DNA of 20,000 nt from Neophaeotheca triangularis (GCA_054600435.1 BAAIJX010000081.1:45069-65068), one strand, 5' to 3'; positions 9,285 to 19,401 are shown, counted from the stretch's first letter. The notes: generated from the letters alone by a model not told the origin. Translations and numbers: made by a program.

Positions 9285-10312
9285 ATGGCTTCATTCACCG
9301 TCGCTACTGCCATTGAGCAAGTCGATAGTCACACATATACCGCCAACTTTGACGACTCTTGGGTAATAGGTCAAGGTAAGTAGTGATATCAATAACTCGC
9401 TACCAAACTCGACTACTGACAGTCTGCCCTCCAGTCCCCCACGGCGGCTATGTAACGGCCAGCTTCCAACAGGTCGTCAGGAAACACTTTTCTACAACCC
9501 TCCGCAAGCAGGACCAGCCACACACCATCGCCCTCCACCTGGACTTCCTCCGACGCACCGAAACCGGTCCCGCAACATTCAAGATCAAGGACGTCAAGCT
9601 CGGCCGCCAGACCTCCATCGTGCACGTAACACTGACCCAAAACTCCCGCGAGGAAGTCGTCGGCTACTTCACCAACAGCAACCTCTCCACCGAAGCCGGT
9701 CCTACTTTCCCGACAAACTGGGCCCTCGACCCACCAACCTCGCCCATCAACTTTTCGCAATTGGAAAAGGACAACGACCCCAACTGGGCCCTGCGCCGCG
9801 TCTGGCCTTTCGCGGCCTTCCGCAAGGCCACCACCAAAATCCTTGCGGCCTTCCCTCGCGCCGGCCAGCCTTCGCGCTCCTGTATAGATCAATGGATGCG
9901 CTTTTCCGACCCGGATGAGAAGTTCACGAACGAATCGCTGGGTTTCGTTGCCGACATGTTCCCGCAGTTGATCGAAGCGCACCGCACCGGTGGCGAAGAC
10001 GTTTACCATCCCGACTACGAGAAGAACGTCTCGCCACAGCAGCAGGAGGAAAGAGAAAAGGGGCGGGCGAAGTTCTGGTATCCGACGCTGTTGCTTAATC
10101 TGGAGATCAAGAAGGCGTTGCCGAAGGAGGGGGTGGAGTGGCTTTTTGTTAGGACGGGCACGAAGGTCATCCGCAATGGAAGGTACGACTTGGAGGTTGT
10201 CGTTATGGATGCTGGCGGTGAGGTTGTGGCTTTGAGTCACCATGTTGTATTTGTAGTGGGGGCGGAGAGGAACACTGCTACCAGGGTTTCAGGGACAAAG
10301 GCGAAGATGTAG
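9285..10312 (+). CDS. Double-hotdog acyl-CoA thioesterase-like protein with PTS1-like C-terminus (322 aa)
   Basis: Exons 9285-9375 and 9435-10312; intron 9376-9434 (GTAAGT..CTGAC..CAG). Splicing gives SWVIGQVPHGGY, typical of this family, plus LHLDFLRRTETGPA, KLGRQTS, FVADMFP and WYPTLLLNLEIKK. Ends -KAKM*. Confidence 0.9.
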
Positions 10313-10499
10313 AGAGGGGGATGTATAGACCACGCTTACCGTAAACTTACATCAAGGCGTCCAGTCCAACGGTAAACAAAACCGCCCTCGGAAGCGTTTT
10401 CCAATACTGCTCAAGTACCAAATCGTGTCGTCTCGCCGTTTACTTTGCTGTCACTCGACCGTGCTGTCGATGAAAAGAGATGTTTTCGTGCATGGATTC

Positions 10500-10574
10500 T
10501 CAGGCTTGTCATTGCAGGCTCTGTGTCTGAAGGAGGTATCGAGCAAACCCAACCCAGGCAGAGCCGCAGCCTAA
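10500..10574 (-). promoter_or_regulatory. Imperfect long stem-loop in the presumed RPS28 3' UTR
   Basis: On the mRNA strand, UUAGGCU pairs with AGCCUGA, GGCUCUG with CAGAGCC (10565-10559 with 10523-10517) and CUGGG with UUCAG, as nested helices. Confidence 0.45.
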
Positions 10575-10712
10575 AACGCCCCATGCCGCGCATACACGAG
10601 CATGCATCCCCTTGCGAGCCAACTGCCCCCTGCACCTACATCCTCCTGCATCTCGCGCTTCCCTTCATCGCTGCTCCTCCTCAATATCTCCACGCTTCCA
10701 TCAACTCCCAGC

Positions 10713-11180
10713 TTATCTCAGCCTCCTGGCCTCGCGCTCAGACTCGAGCAGGCAGAGAATGTCGTCCTCGCGAACTGGAGTGCGGTGTATTAGTATCGGT
10801 GTCCCTTTTCAATTTTACTGTTCCGTGGGATGGCGGTGATCGCGTACCTGGGCCCTTGACGTTGCGGATAATGCTACGGGTGGTGTCGTCCATGAACTCG
10901 ACGCGGACTTGAGTAACACCGCCACGGGAGCCTGTGAAGGTATGTTGTCAGATTTTGTTCTTGCTCTCTCCAATTGTATCTTCAATGGTATCTTTTCCCC
11001 CTCGTCCATCATTACAGTCGCAAGGCGGAATAGTTCGGACGTACCGGTGCGGCCGAGGACTCTGGTGACCTTGACGAGCTTGACGGGGACCCTACAGGCA
11101 AGTCATGTCAGTACTGTCCCTCTCGTGGCTTTCTCCCATTGGGTCGCGGGCCAGGGCATGCCATACTTTGCGGAATCCAT
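10713..11180 (-). CDS. RPS28: 40S ribosomal protein S28 (eS28), 68 aa
   Basis: Exons 11180-11167, 11091-11045, 10931-10848 and 10774-10713, all with GT-AG introns. Translation: [68 protein letters not shown]. Not in the ORF track. Confidence 0.97.
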
Positions 11181-11461
11181 TTTTGCGGAGGGGTTGAGAT
11201 TTGAGGTGGGTGGTGGTGTGTGTAGGGTTGGCTGTTCCTTCGCTGGATGGGTCTTGCTGTCGTCGTCGTCGTCGGCGCTCAAGATGGAGGTGCGCTTCAA
11301 AGGAATTTCGGAAGTTGCCCGTGCGCCGGACAGTTGCGAATCTTGGCACTCTAAAGTCACGTGTTGGCTCCAAGAGATGGCGGGGCTTATTGAGCGTCCC
11401 GTCCGGGAAGGAAAGCCGAAGCCAATCAATTCCCCCACGTTGGGCCAAGTCGGCGACGGTC

Positions 11462-11583
11462 GAGTCACATTGAACTTTTGTTGTAGTCGCAGCAAACATT
11501 GATGAGTCCCAGCGCATTCGCTGTGACACCACCGCACCCCCTCATCGAGCGACAGTGACAGTACAATCGTAATCGCGGACTCA
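11462..11583. promoter_or_regulatory. Three near-consensus Gcn4/CpcA (TGASTCA) sites upstream of HIS1
   Basis: GAGTCA 11462-11467, TGAGTC 11503-11508 and GACTCA 11578-11583, each a 6/7 match. Amino-acid biosynthetic genes are known cross-pathway control targets. Confidence 0.5.
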
Positions 11584-11644
11584 CGACCTACCTACAGACA
11601 GCTTGTTTGCCTCTCCGTCTGTACCATACAGATAAACAGCAGCC

Positions 11645-12829
11645 ATGGATCTGGTCAACCAGTATGTCAGTCATTCTCAGCCATGCACTCCTCCACCCGC
11701 CCTCTCGCGTTCGAAAGACGTCCCAGTCGAGCCTTGCCAGCAATCACTAACGTCATTGGCAGTCTCAATGACCGCCTCCTTTTTGCGGTACCCAAGAGTA
11801 CGTCGCTTTCCAATATCCTCAAACGTCCCTCTTAACTAACACCTTCCCAGAGGGCCGCCTGAACGAAGCATGCCTCAACCTCCTATCTGGGTCCGACATT
11901 CAGTTTCACCGCCACAGCCGCTTGGATATCGCCCTCGTCAAGAACCTCCCCATTGCCCTCATCTTCCTTCCCGCAGCCGACATCCCCACCTTCGTCGGTG
12001 AAGGCCGAGTCGACTTGGGAATAACAGGCCGCGACCAAGTTGCCGAGCATGAAGCAGCAGTCCCGCCCACCGACACGACGGGCGTAGAGGAGGTTATGGA
12101 TCTGGACTTTGGCAGGTGTAAATTGCAGGTTCAAGTGCCAGAGAATGGCGAGATTCAGACTGTCGAGCAGCTGGTCGGGAGGAACATTGTAACGAGCTTT
12201 ACGAACTTGTCAGAGGAATACTTCAAGGATTTGGAGAAGAAGGCTGTGGTTGCCGATGTCGCCGCGAACGGCGAGCCTAGCAAATCGCAGACGAAGATCA
12301 AGTACGTTGGAGGCAGTGTAGAGGCAGCTTGTGCACTGGGTGTTGCGGATGGAATCGTGGATCTTGTTGGTGAGTCACAGACACTTTGCGCAGATTTTGT
12401 CTCTGCGTTTGGCAGCCAACCAGAAATAGCAACTGACCACGATTGGACTCAGAATCTGGCGAAACCATGCGAGCGGCCGGCTTGAAAGCGATAGCAACCG
12501 TCGTTGAGTCGACTGCCGTCCTCATCCGATCGAAACACCCCTCCGACGGGAAGCTCGTCGAGCTTATCGCAAGCCGCATCAAGGGTGTCATTACTGCGCA
12601 AAAGTTCGTCTTGTGCACTTACAACGTTGAGCGCAACTCTCTGGAGAAGGCGTGCAAGATCACGCCCGGAAAGCGGGCACCCACAATCAATAGCTTGGAA
12701 GAGTCTGGATGGGTTGCTGTGTCGGCCATGGTGGAGAGGAAGAGGATTGCCGTTGTCATGGACCAATTGGCTGAGGTTGGAGCTTCGGACATTCTGGTTA
12801 TGAAGATTGATAACTCTCGTACGGCTTGA
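11645..12829 (+). CDS. HIS1: ATP phosphoribosyltransferase (histidine biosynthesis, long form), 315 aa
   Basis: Exons 11645-11661, 11763-11797, 11851-12369 and 12453-12829. Spliced sequence MDLVNHLNDRLLFAVPKKGRL..RLDIAL..LPAADIPTFVGEGRVDLGITG..GSVEAACALGVADGIVDLVESGETMRAAGL, plus the C-terminal regulatory domain (TPGKRAPTI). Confidence 0.97.
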
Positions 12830-13218
12830 GATACCAGGTTTCGATCCACCTTCGATATTCGAACCTTTGGTCAGGCCCGATATAGGTATGGAGTCACGAG
12901 GTGCCCCGAGACCACTTCCAGAGATGCAACTATGCGGACCATTGAAATAAACGAAAGCTTGTCACGAATAGACCTAGAGCTTGGCCTCAGCTTGGAACAT
13001 TTTGCCAGGCATAGCAACATTCCGAAATACACACCTTTGCATACCTGACCGACGTTTCGAACGGCCGGGGGGCCACGATAGAGAGAATGACATAATGAAG
13101 AGCCCCTCCTTCCTTTTCGAGCGATGAGCCTGCCCCGCAATGAATGACACCAAGGTAAGATACAACTTTCTTCCAGAACACATCTCCCCCCTTTCCCCAT
13201 CTTCAACCCCTAGCAGCC

Positions 13219-14271
13219 ATGGCAGAAACGAAGTACTTCGAGAAAGAAATCACCCTCTCCCCAAACTCCTCCCCAGCAGGCTCCACCTTCCCAGCCAAGC
13301 TCGCCTACTGGACCTTCGGCTCGCCCTCGAACCCAGCGATTCTCCTTCCCACCTGCTACGGCGGAAGCCTCGCCAGCACATTTCCCTTCCTCTACGATGG
13401 CCCTGATGCGCCGCTCCCGTCTTCCAAATTTTACATCATTGTTGTCGGCCTCCTAAGCGGCGGCGAATCCTCCTCCCCCTCCAACACCCCCTCCCCGCAC
13501 AATGGCCCCAACTTCCCTCACGTAACCTACGAAGACAACATCCACCTGCAACGTGCCCTATGTTCTTCCCTCGGCATCCTCAACGACCGACTCTTCGCTT
13601 ACATAGGCTTTTCCATGGGCTGCCAGCAAGCCTACCACATGAGCGTCCTTTACCCAGACTTTGTCCAAAACGCCATCTGCATCGCCGGTTCCGCGCGCAC
13701 GAGCTCGCACAACTGGTCATTCCTCGAGGGGCCCCGTCATGCGCTGACGATGAGCGCGGACTACCATGGTGGATATTATGCCGAGCGCCCGGTCATGGGA
13801 TTGACGGCTTTCTTCCACACGTACAGCACGTGGGCGTTGAGTCAGGGCTGGTTCCGGCAGAAGTGTTGGGAGCAGTTGGGGTTCGGCAGTTTGAAAGAGT
13901 ATTTGGAGGCTTGGTGGACGCCGGCTCCGGGTAGTGGGAGGGGGGGGAGTGATGCGAATGATTTGCTTTGGTTGTTGGAGACGTGGCAGAAGGGGGATGT
14001 TACGCTTTATAATGAGAGGGATGGAGGGGAAGGGGATGTCGGGGATTTGGGCAAGGCGTTGGGGAAGATCAAGGCGAAGGTCTTGGTGATGCCGAGTCGT
14101 ACTGATCAGTACTTTCCCCCAGAGGATAGTGAGATCGAGGTGGGCCTGTTGGAGAAGGGGGAGTTTAGCTGTATCGAGACAGTGTGGGGGCATATGGCTG
14201 GCGGTGGCAACGGGAGTAAGGAGGATACGGAGTTTATCAAGAAAGAAGTTAGGAGATTTTTGGGGGTTTAG
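13219..14271 (+). CDS. Homoserine O-acetyltransferase (MetX)-like alpha/beta hydrolase, 350 aa, intronless
   Basis: LAYWTFG, nucleophile elbow GFSMG, acid SRTDQYFPP and His WGHMAGG; also SSSPSN and VTYEDNI motifs. It has LPTCYGG where canonical Met2/MetX has HALTG/HALSG, so it is probably a paralogue rather than MET2. Confidence 0.85.
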   Translation: MAETKYFEKEITLSPNSSPAGSTFPAKLAYWTFGSPSNPAILLPTCYGGSLASTFPFLYDGPDAPLPSSKFYIIVVGLLSGGESSSPSNTPSPHNGPNFPHVTYEDNIHLQRALCSSLGILNDRLFAYIGFSMGCQQAYHMSVLYPDFVQNAICIAGSARTSSHNWSFLEGPRHALTMSADYHGGYYAERPVMGLTAFFHTYSTWALSQGWFRQKCWEQLGFGSLKEYLEAWWTPAPGSGRGGSDANDLLWLLETWQKGDVTLYNERDGGEGDVGDLGKALGKIKAKVLVMPSRTDQYFPPEDSEIEVGLLEKGEFSCIETVWGHMAGGGNGSKEDTEFIKKEVRRFLGV

Positions 14272-14445
14272 TCGCAATGCTTGCCTACACTTCCATCCAT
14301 TAGATCGTAATTGCATCTACAGTATACCGTGCACACCACGGCGTCTGTACCGTTCATTCCACCGGCAGGTCCGCGCCAATGCTACCATCCATCCACCCAC
14401 CAACTTCGCAACAACGTAAACGCCACCCGCCACAGCCCAAAAAAC

Positions 14446-15137
14446 TCACCCCCAAACCAACTCCCACCCCCTACAAACCACCCACCCAACCCCACCCAAC
14501 CCCAGCACCCCCCAAACCGCCATCGCCACCAAAACCCTCCCCCTCACCTCCAAAGCCTCCCCAAACTCCAACCTCGCCAACGCCCGATGCTTCTTACGAC
14601 GATACCAACCACCAAAAACCTTTGCATCGTCCTCGATCCCACCGCCATCGCCGGCTGAAGTAGAAGAGGAAGGAGCCTGACGGTAGGGTTCAGGATTTAA
14701 GAGCCAGACTCCCGGGTTCGGGCTGGGGTTCGAGCGCTGGCTGTTTCGCCAGGAGCGTTGGCGGTAGTCTACCCAGTAGAGGGAGAGGAGGAGGGAGAGC
14801 ATATTTAGGGGGGTTAGGAGGAACTTTTTGCGAAAGAAGGGGGGAGTTTTGGTGTTAGTTGGTTTTTGGGTTGAGTAGGTTTGTCGTGGAGGTTGGTGTT
14901 TTGTTTACTCACTTCGAGGAGGAAAGATTGTGGTTCGGGAGGGTTTTGGGACTTGGTTTCTGCTTCGGGAGATGAGGGAGGAGGGCATCGGTTGGATGGG
15001 AGTTTTGTGAGTGGGTTGTCGTCATTTGGGAGGTTTAGGAATGGGTCGTTTTCTCGTTGCTTGTGGAATCTATGGCGGTGTTGTTTGAGTGATTGGGGCT
15101 GTGATGATGATGTTGATGACATTGTCATCGTTTCCAT
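14446..15137 (-). CDS. Hypothetical fungal membrane protein with two hydrophobic segments (about 200 aa)
   Basis: Exons 15137-14913 and 14823-14446; phase-0 intron 14912-14824 (GTGAGT..ACTAAC..AAG) joins two listed ORFs in frame: FLLE|FLLTPLNMLSLLLSLYWVD..PEPY..WYRRKKHRALARLEFGEALEVRGRVLVAMAVWGVLGLGGVGWVV. Good start context (GCAACCATGG). Confidence 0.78.
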
Positions 15138-16779
15138 GGTTGCTTTGACGTTTACGGTCGCGAGTGTTGCAGACGGAGAGGCGGGAAATTGGATGGAATT
15201 GATGGTTACATTGCGCTGACTCTGACGCTGATGAAGTTGCGATGAGGTGTTGTTCGTGTTGTATACACATACTTTCGGAACATTCCGGCCGCTTTGGGGT
15301 TCGAGGATTCCATTACTTTGGGACGGATTTCGGTGATTCCGCGAGGCATGATATCAGTTCTCTACGATGTCGAGAGATGCGCATACGGCCAGGGCATACA
15401 CGAGGAAAATTTGGGCTTTTTGGACGGATGTGTAATATCTATGCATTTCAGCTGTGCCAAAAACGCTGGCAGCTTGAGCAGACGTCAGGCGAGCAAGAAA
15501 GACTTCGACATACGGCACCAAATATGAGTGCCATTCTTTTGGCCACAGGACACGGATGAGGCTGGGAACGTGGAAGCTGCGCTGACGAATAGAGAAAAAT
15601 TAATCCCATCAACCCCTGCGTAGCTGATCAAGGGGTCATCTAGGTCTCTAAGGTACCTATCACAGGATCAACTGTAAGACGTGAGCCGGAGATGTCGATG
15701 GTTCAGGTAGGAGGGACTGCTTCTTTGAGCACCAGCTTGCCTCCCAACAGCCTATCTGGGCAAGATGGTACTTTGTTGGGAATTTGTGACATATAGGCAC
15801 AGGCTCCAGTGCAGTCCCCTTTCTGTCGTCGACAAGCGAAGGTGGAGGTACATCCTTGCTCCCGGCCATAGACAAGACGCCTCCCGGGGCTCAGACAACC
15901 GACGACCATGCGTACAGACCCCGAGACCCTGCGTATCTCGCAAGCCCGCTGCATGTACCTATCTGTCACGGCAAGCGAATCCAAGTCGTCAACAACGTGT
16001 CATGGGCAAACACACTGGCAAGACATGGCGTCCGGGTGAAGTCGTACAGCCGGAAGATCAATGTACAGGAGATCATGGGGTAAGCGCATGAGCGCCGGAG
16101 ATCTATTCTCGTAGATTGTCGAGGAAAAGGGGCCCGGGGCTCTCGCGTGGCGCATCAAGTGCACAGGGGCACGTCAAGCTGTCAAACCAAACATTCTCGC
16201 AGCGATCGACCGAATGGCTCACGCCCGTGCAGCCTCCCGCGCGCCACGTACTAGGCAGCGGTGAGTATGGCGTATTTCTGATATGTAGACCTGTCCTTTT
16301 TGGGGAGCGGGAAATGTCTGATCTGCAGGCTGCGTTTTCCGAGCATTTGGCATCAAAGTCGCACAAATTACCTACTAGCTACAGTATACTGTGCACTGCA
16401 GAAAGGAGAGTCCGATGCGCTGGTCCTCGGTGCTTGGGCTGCTTGCATTGCTGCACGATGGAGACCCGGGACCAAGGTTGGGAGTGATTGCCAGTTGCCG
16501 AAACGAGACGGCCAAGGGAGGTGGACCAGGTGGTGGTTGTGCCGGATGCAACAATCGATTTGCTTGTGTTGAGCAGAAGATGGTCGGACGGGCGCCGTGG
16601 CTTCGCTTTATTACCCTGTCAATGTCAGTAGTGACTCTCGGTAGTGTCAGTAGTGAGAGGTAGATTAAGTGTTTGCAAAGGGCGGGGCTCCGAGGGTGCT
16701 CGGCGGTGTATCGCATCGCACCTCTGCCTGCAGGGCTTTTGATTATCATCGGCGTCGGCCGACAAAGGACGACTTGAAA

Positions 16780-16836
16780 AATAACAATAACAACAACGTC
16801 AATAATCATAATAATCATAATAATAATAATAATAAT
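16780..16836 (+). repeat. (AAT/AAC/CAT)n microsatellite
   Basis: aataacaataacaacaacgtcaataatcataataatcataataataataataataat. Confidence 0.9.
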
Positions 16837-16864
16837 GGCTGTGCAGCCTACCTCACGTTTACTT

Positions 16865-16881
16865 CTACTACTACTACTACT
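16865..16881 (+). repeat. (CTA)n microsatellite
   Basis: ctactactactactact. Confidence 0.8.
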
Positions 16882-18189
16882 GTGACTACCGTTGTGTGTC
16901 AACGGGAGCGGTGACGATACCGTTTCAAATTTGCACTTCGGTCTGCCCGACGTCCCACTCCTAGCAATGAATCCATTTATTAAGGTAAGGTACCTACCTA
17001 GGTAATAATGAGGTTATGTGACGACATGGAGTAATCAGATTCATCATTGGCCATCGACAAAAAGTCAATTGGCGCGTGTCGCCTCGTGTGACTTGTGAAT
17101 ATCAATTTGGAGGTGTTATTATTTACTATTATTACTTGCCTGGCAAGCCTGGCTACACATGATCGACCGGGAGCGACATGTTCCGTCCGCCCTCTCCGGG
17201 TTTTCGGTGCGAATGATCGACTGGACCCTGATATAGTAGTATAACACTTACCTCCTCCTACCCAGATAATCACCTTCAATTGGCCCGATCAGGAAGGCAT
17301 CGCGTACTTGGCAGGCCTATCAGAGCCGGGAAGCTCAATGCAGTCGTCTCAAGACAGGGGTCGACAGCTGAGAAGGGTATGCACCACCGTTTCGTTTTCC
17401 GGTTCTACCATGCCTACGTAGTCTGTGCCCCCCGTGGCCAATGGGCGTCGTTAACATGTCGTGCATCTGCACAGAATAATGGCGCTAAATAGTAATAATG
17501 TCAGAGGTGCGACATGGTTTCTCTTCCGCACAGCTGGTCTAGTTGTCGACACTTCCAATCCACCAAGGGGGCCCAGTCATGCAGAGTCGTGGTGGTGCCC
17601 ACTGCCAACTGCCAACTGCCCAATCCAATGGCTGCATCATAAGTTAAGGTATCGCTCATATGCGAAAGAGACAAGCCTCGAGTCGCGGGCCACCCCGGGC
17701 GCGGGCGCGGGCGAACCACCACCACCACCACCGCCTCCCCCTCCCGTCGTTGTTCTTGTGCGGCCCGCCGAAGATATTATTGTTATTGTTATTATTATAG
17801 TTGCAACAACGTTAGCCCAGCCTTCCAGGTTCTTGCGGCGCCGCCGAATGAAATGCTCCCGATGTCGAAGCGGCCGGATCGACCGCTTTGCCTTACGGCT
17901 AGGAGGCTACCTTATGCACTGGCACCAAATCGTCGCCACATGCTCTGCCAATAGTAACGACTGCACACCCATCTGGCTGGGTAGCGAAGCTTGTGCGGCT
18001 TCTTCATGCATCCTGGGTACAACCAACTGATGGAAATGGAAGCCCAGGGCCCCAGAAGATTGATCAAAGCCTCACAGACTTATATCAGCCCCGGGCTACC
18101 CATGGATTCTTAGCTTCCTTTCGGTCAATCCCCAGCATCCCGTCACTCCTCCAATTCCCTCTTTATACTAGCAGCTACTAGTATACATC

Positions 18190-19401
18190 ATGTCCCATCC
18201 GAGGAGGCTTGATCAGCCAAGGCCCCAGTCAGATGCCAGCCCAACTGTATCCCCCGCAACAAGCCGCTCTGAAACAAACAGCAGCAGTGAGTGAGCGGAA
18301 ACCTTCTCCTCCTTGCACCAATAGCATGTCACGCTAATCAAGCACACGTTGTAGCGCCCGGGAGTCAGGCAGTTTCACCCACAGAGCAAGCCCGGAACCA
18401 AATAGACTTTCAGTTTCTCAACTTCACTCACCCTTCTGAGGCCCGCGAAGCTGGTGCCAGACGAAAAGTCCGGAGCCATGTCACCAGGCAGCAGCATCAA
18501 CGAGAACAACAAACCGCAGCAAACAACCGTCGTTCGAGGAGCTACCAACAGTCCCCGCATCTCGACCAAGACCAGGCAGTGCCGCAGCGGGCGCACGCAG
18601 CAACCTTCCCAGCAGAGCGACCGCGCACTCTCGAGTTACCACGCTCCAGCGAGACCTCAATCACAACCGCCGATGCCTCCTCGTCTTCCTCCCCCTCGCC
18701 CGTTGCTTCTCCTTCAAGTCCCAAGCAGCTCGAGCCTGCAGAGATATACCCCAAAGAATGGTTACCATTTCTCGACCAGATTGTCGTAAGTTGGCCCAGC
18801 ACCCTGGCGTATCTAACCACCACGCTCATCACAACAACCCCAGGAACACTACCTCTCCACCCGAGCGATTGACATACCCGACATGGAAGACACCGAAGCT
18901 CGCAACCTCCTCCGCACCCGCTTCTGGCCCTTTGTAATGACCGATCCCGCACCCCTCCACGCCGTCCTTCTAGCAGCCAGCACGCACTACGGCAACAACT
19001 TCGGCCAGCGCTCTCACCCCGTCGACCTCTTACAACTCCGCGGCATGGCCATCGGTGCCATCAACAGCGCTCTCGAAGACCCCGTACGAAGCATGAGCGA
19101 CCAGATCATCGCCGCCGTAGCCAAAATGGCTTCCTACGAAGCCCTCTACGGCGACCGCCGAACTTTCAATACCCACATGACGGGCCTGACCCGGATGGTG
19201 ACCTTAAGAGGCGGCCTACCCGCTTTGGGCTTGGGAGGCCTTCTCGAGCGCATCTTGCTTTGGATCGACTCCAATGCTTCACACATCGCTGGTACGAGGG
19301 TGTATTTCGATCGCCAGGCCTTTCCTTCGGCCGCTGTGCACCCTCGCCCGGATCCAAGGCGGTTCGCTGGAGGTTCGGTGAGGGAGGCTCCTCCTGCATG
19401 A
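18190..19401 (+). CDS. Fungal-specific transcription-factor-domain protein lacking a Zn2Cys6 cluster (361 aa)
   Basis: Exons 18190-18286, 18355-18785 and 18844-19401; introns 18287-18354 (GTGAGT..GCTAAT..TAG) and 18786-18843 (GTAAGT..CTAAC..CAG). Motifs FQFLNFTHP..RRKVRSHV, FWPFVMTDPAPLHAVLL, AINSALEDP..SDQIIAAVAKMASYE and HMTGLTRMVTLRGGL are typical of Fungal_trans_2/ArcA-like proteins. Confidence 0.85.

Noticed and set aside
9413..10243. 276-aa antisense ORF over the thioesterase, and similar antisense ORFs over the ArfGAP and MetX-like genes
   Set aside because: Expected antisense open frames from biased codon usage; no protein-like features.
10932..11044. Possible C/D box snoRNA in RPS28 intron 2 (ATGATGG ... 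CTGA)
   Set aside because: The C box is imperfect, the CTGA is the intron branch point (TCTGAC), and I recognise no terminal stem or rRNA guide.
10909..11537. ORFs 10909-11502, 11092-11532 and 11103-11537
   Set aside because: The region is explained by RPS28 exons, introns and the shared promoter.
13140..13218. Possible upstream exon MNDTK|GTAAGA for the MetX-like gene
   Set aside because: The acceptors near the ATG are out of frame, and the only in-frame one implies an intron of about 22 nt with no branch point.
14311..14663. Pro-rich plus-strand ORFs resembling extensins
   Set aside because: They are the antisense of the G-rich 3' end of the two-TM gene.
15698..16091. Possible small spliced gene in the long intergenic region
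   Set aside because: The frame-restoring intron would be only about 29 nt, the alternative splice hits a stop, and no motif is recognisable.
16375..18030. ORFs with poly-Ile, poly-Asn or poly-Pro runs (16375-16902, 16669-16914, 17461-18030)
   Set aside because: Translations of microsatellites; the apparent hydrophobic segments are repeat artefacts.
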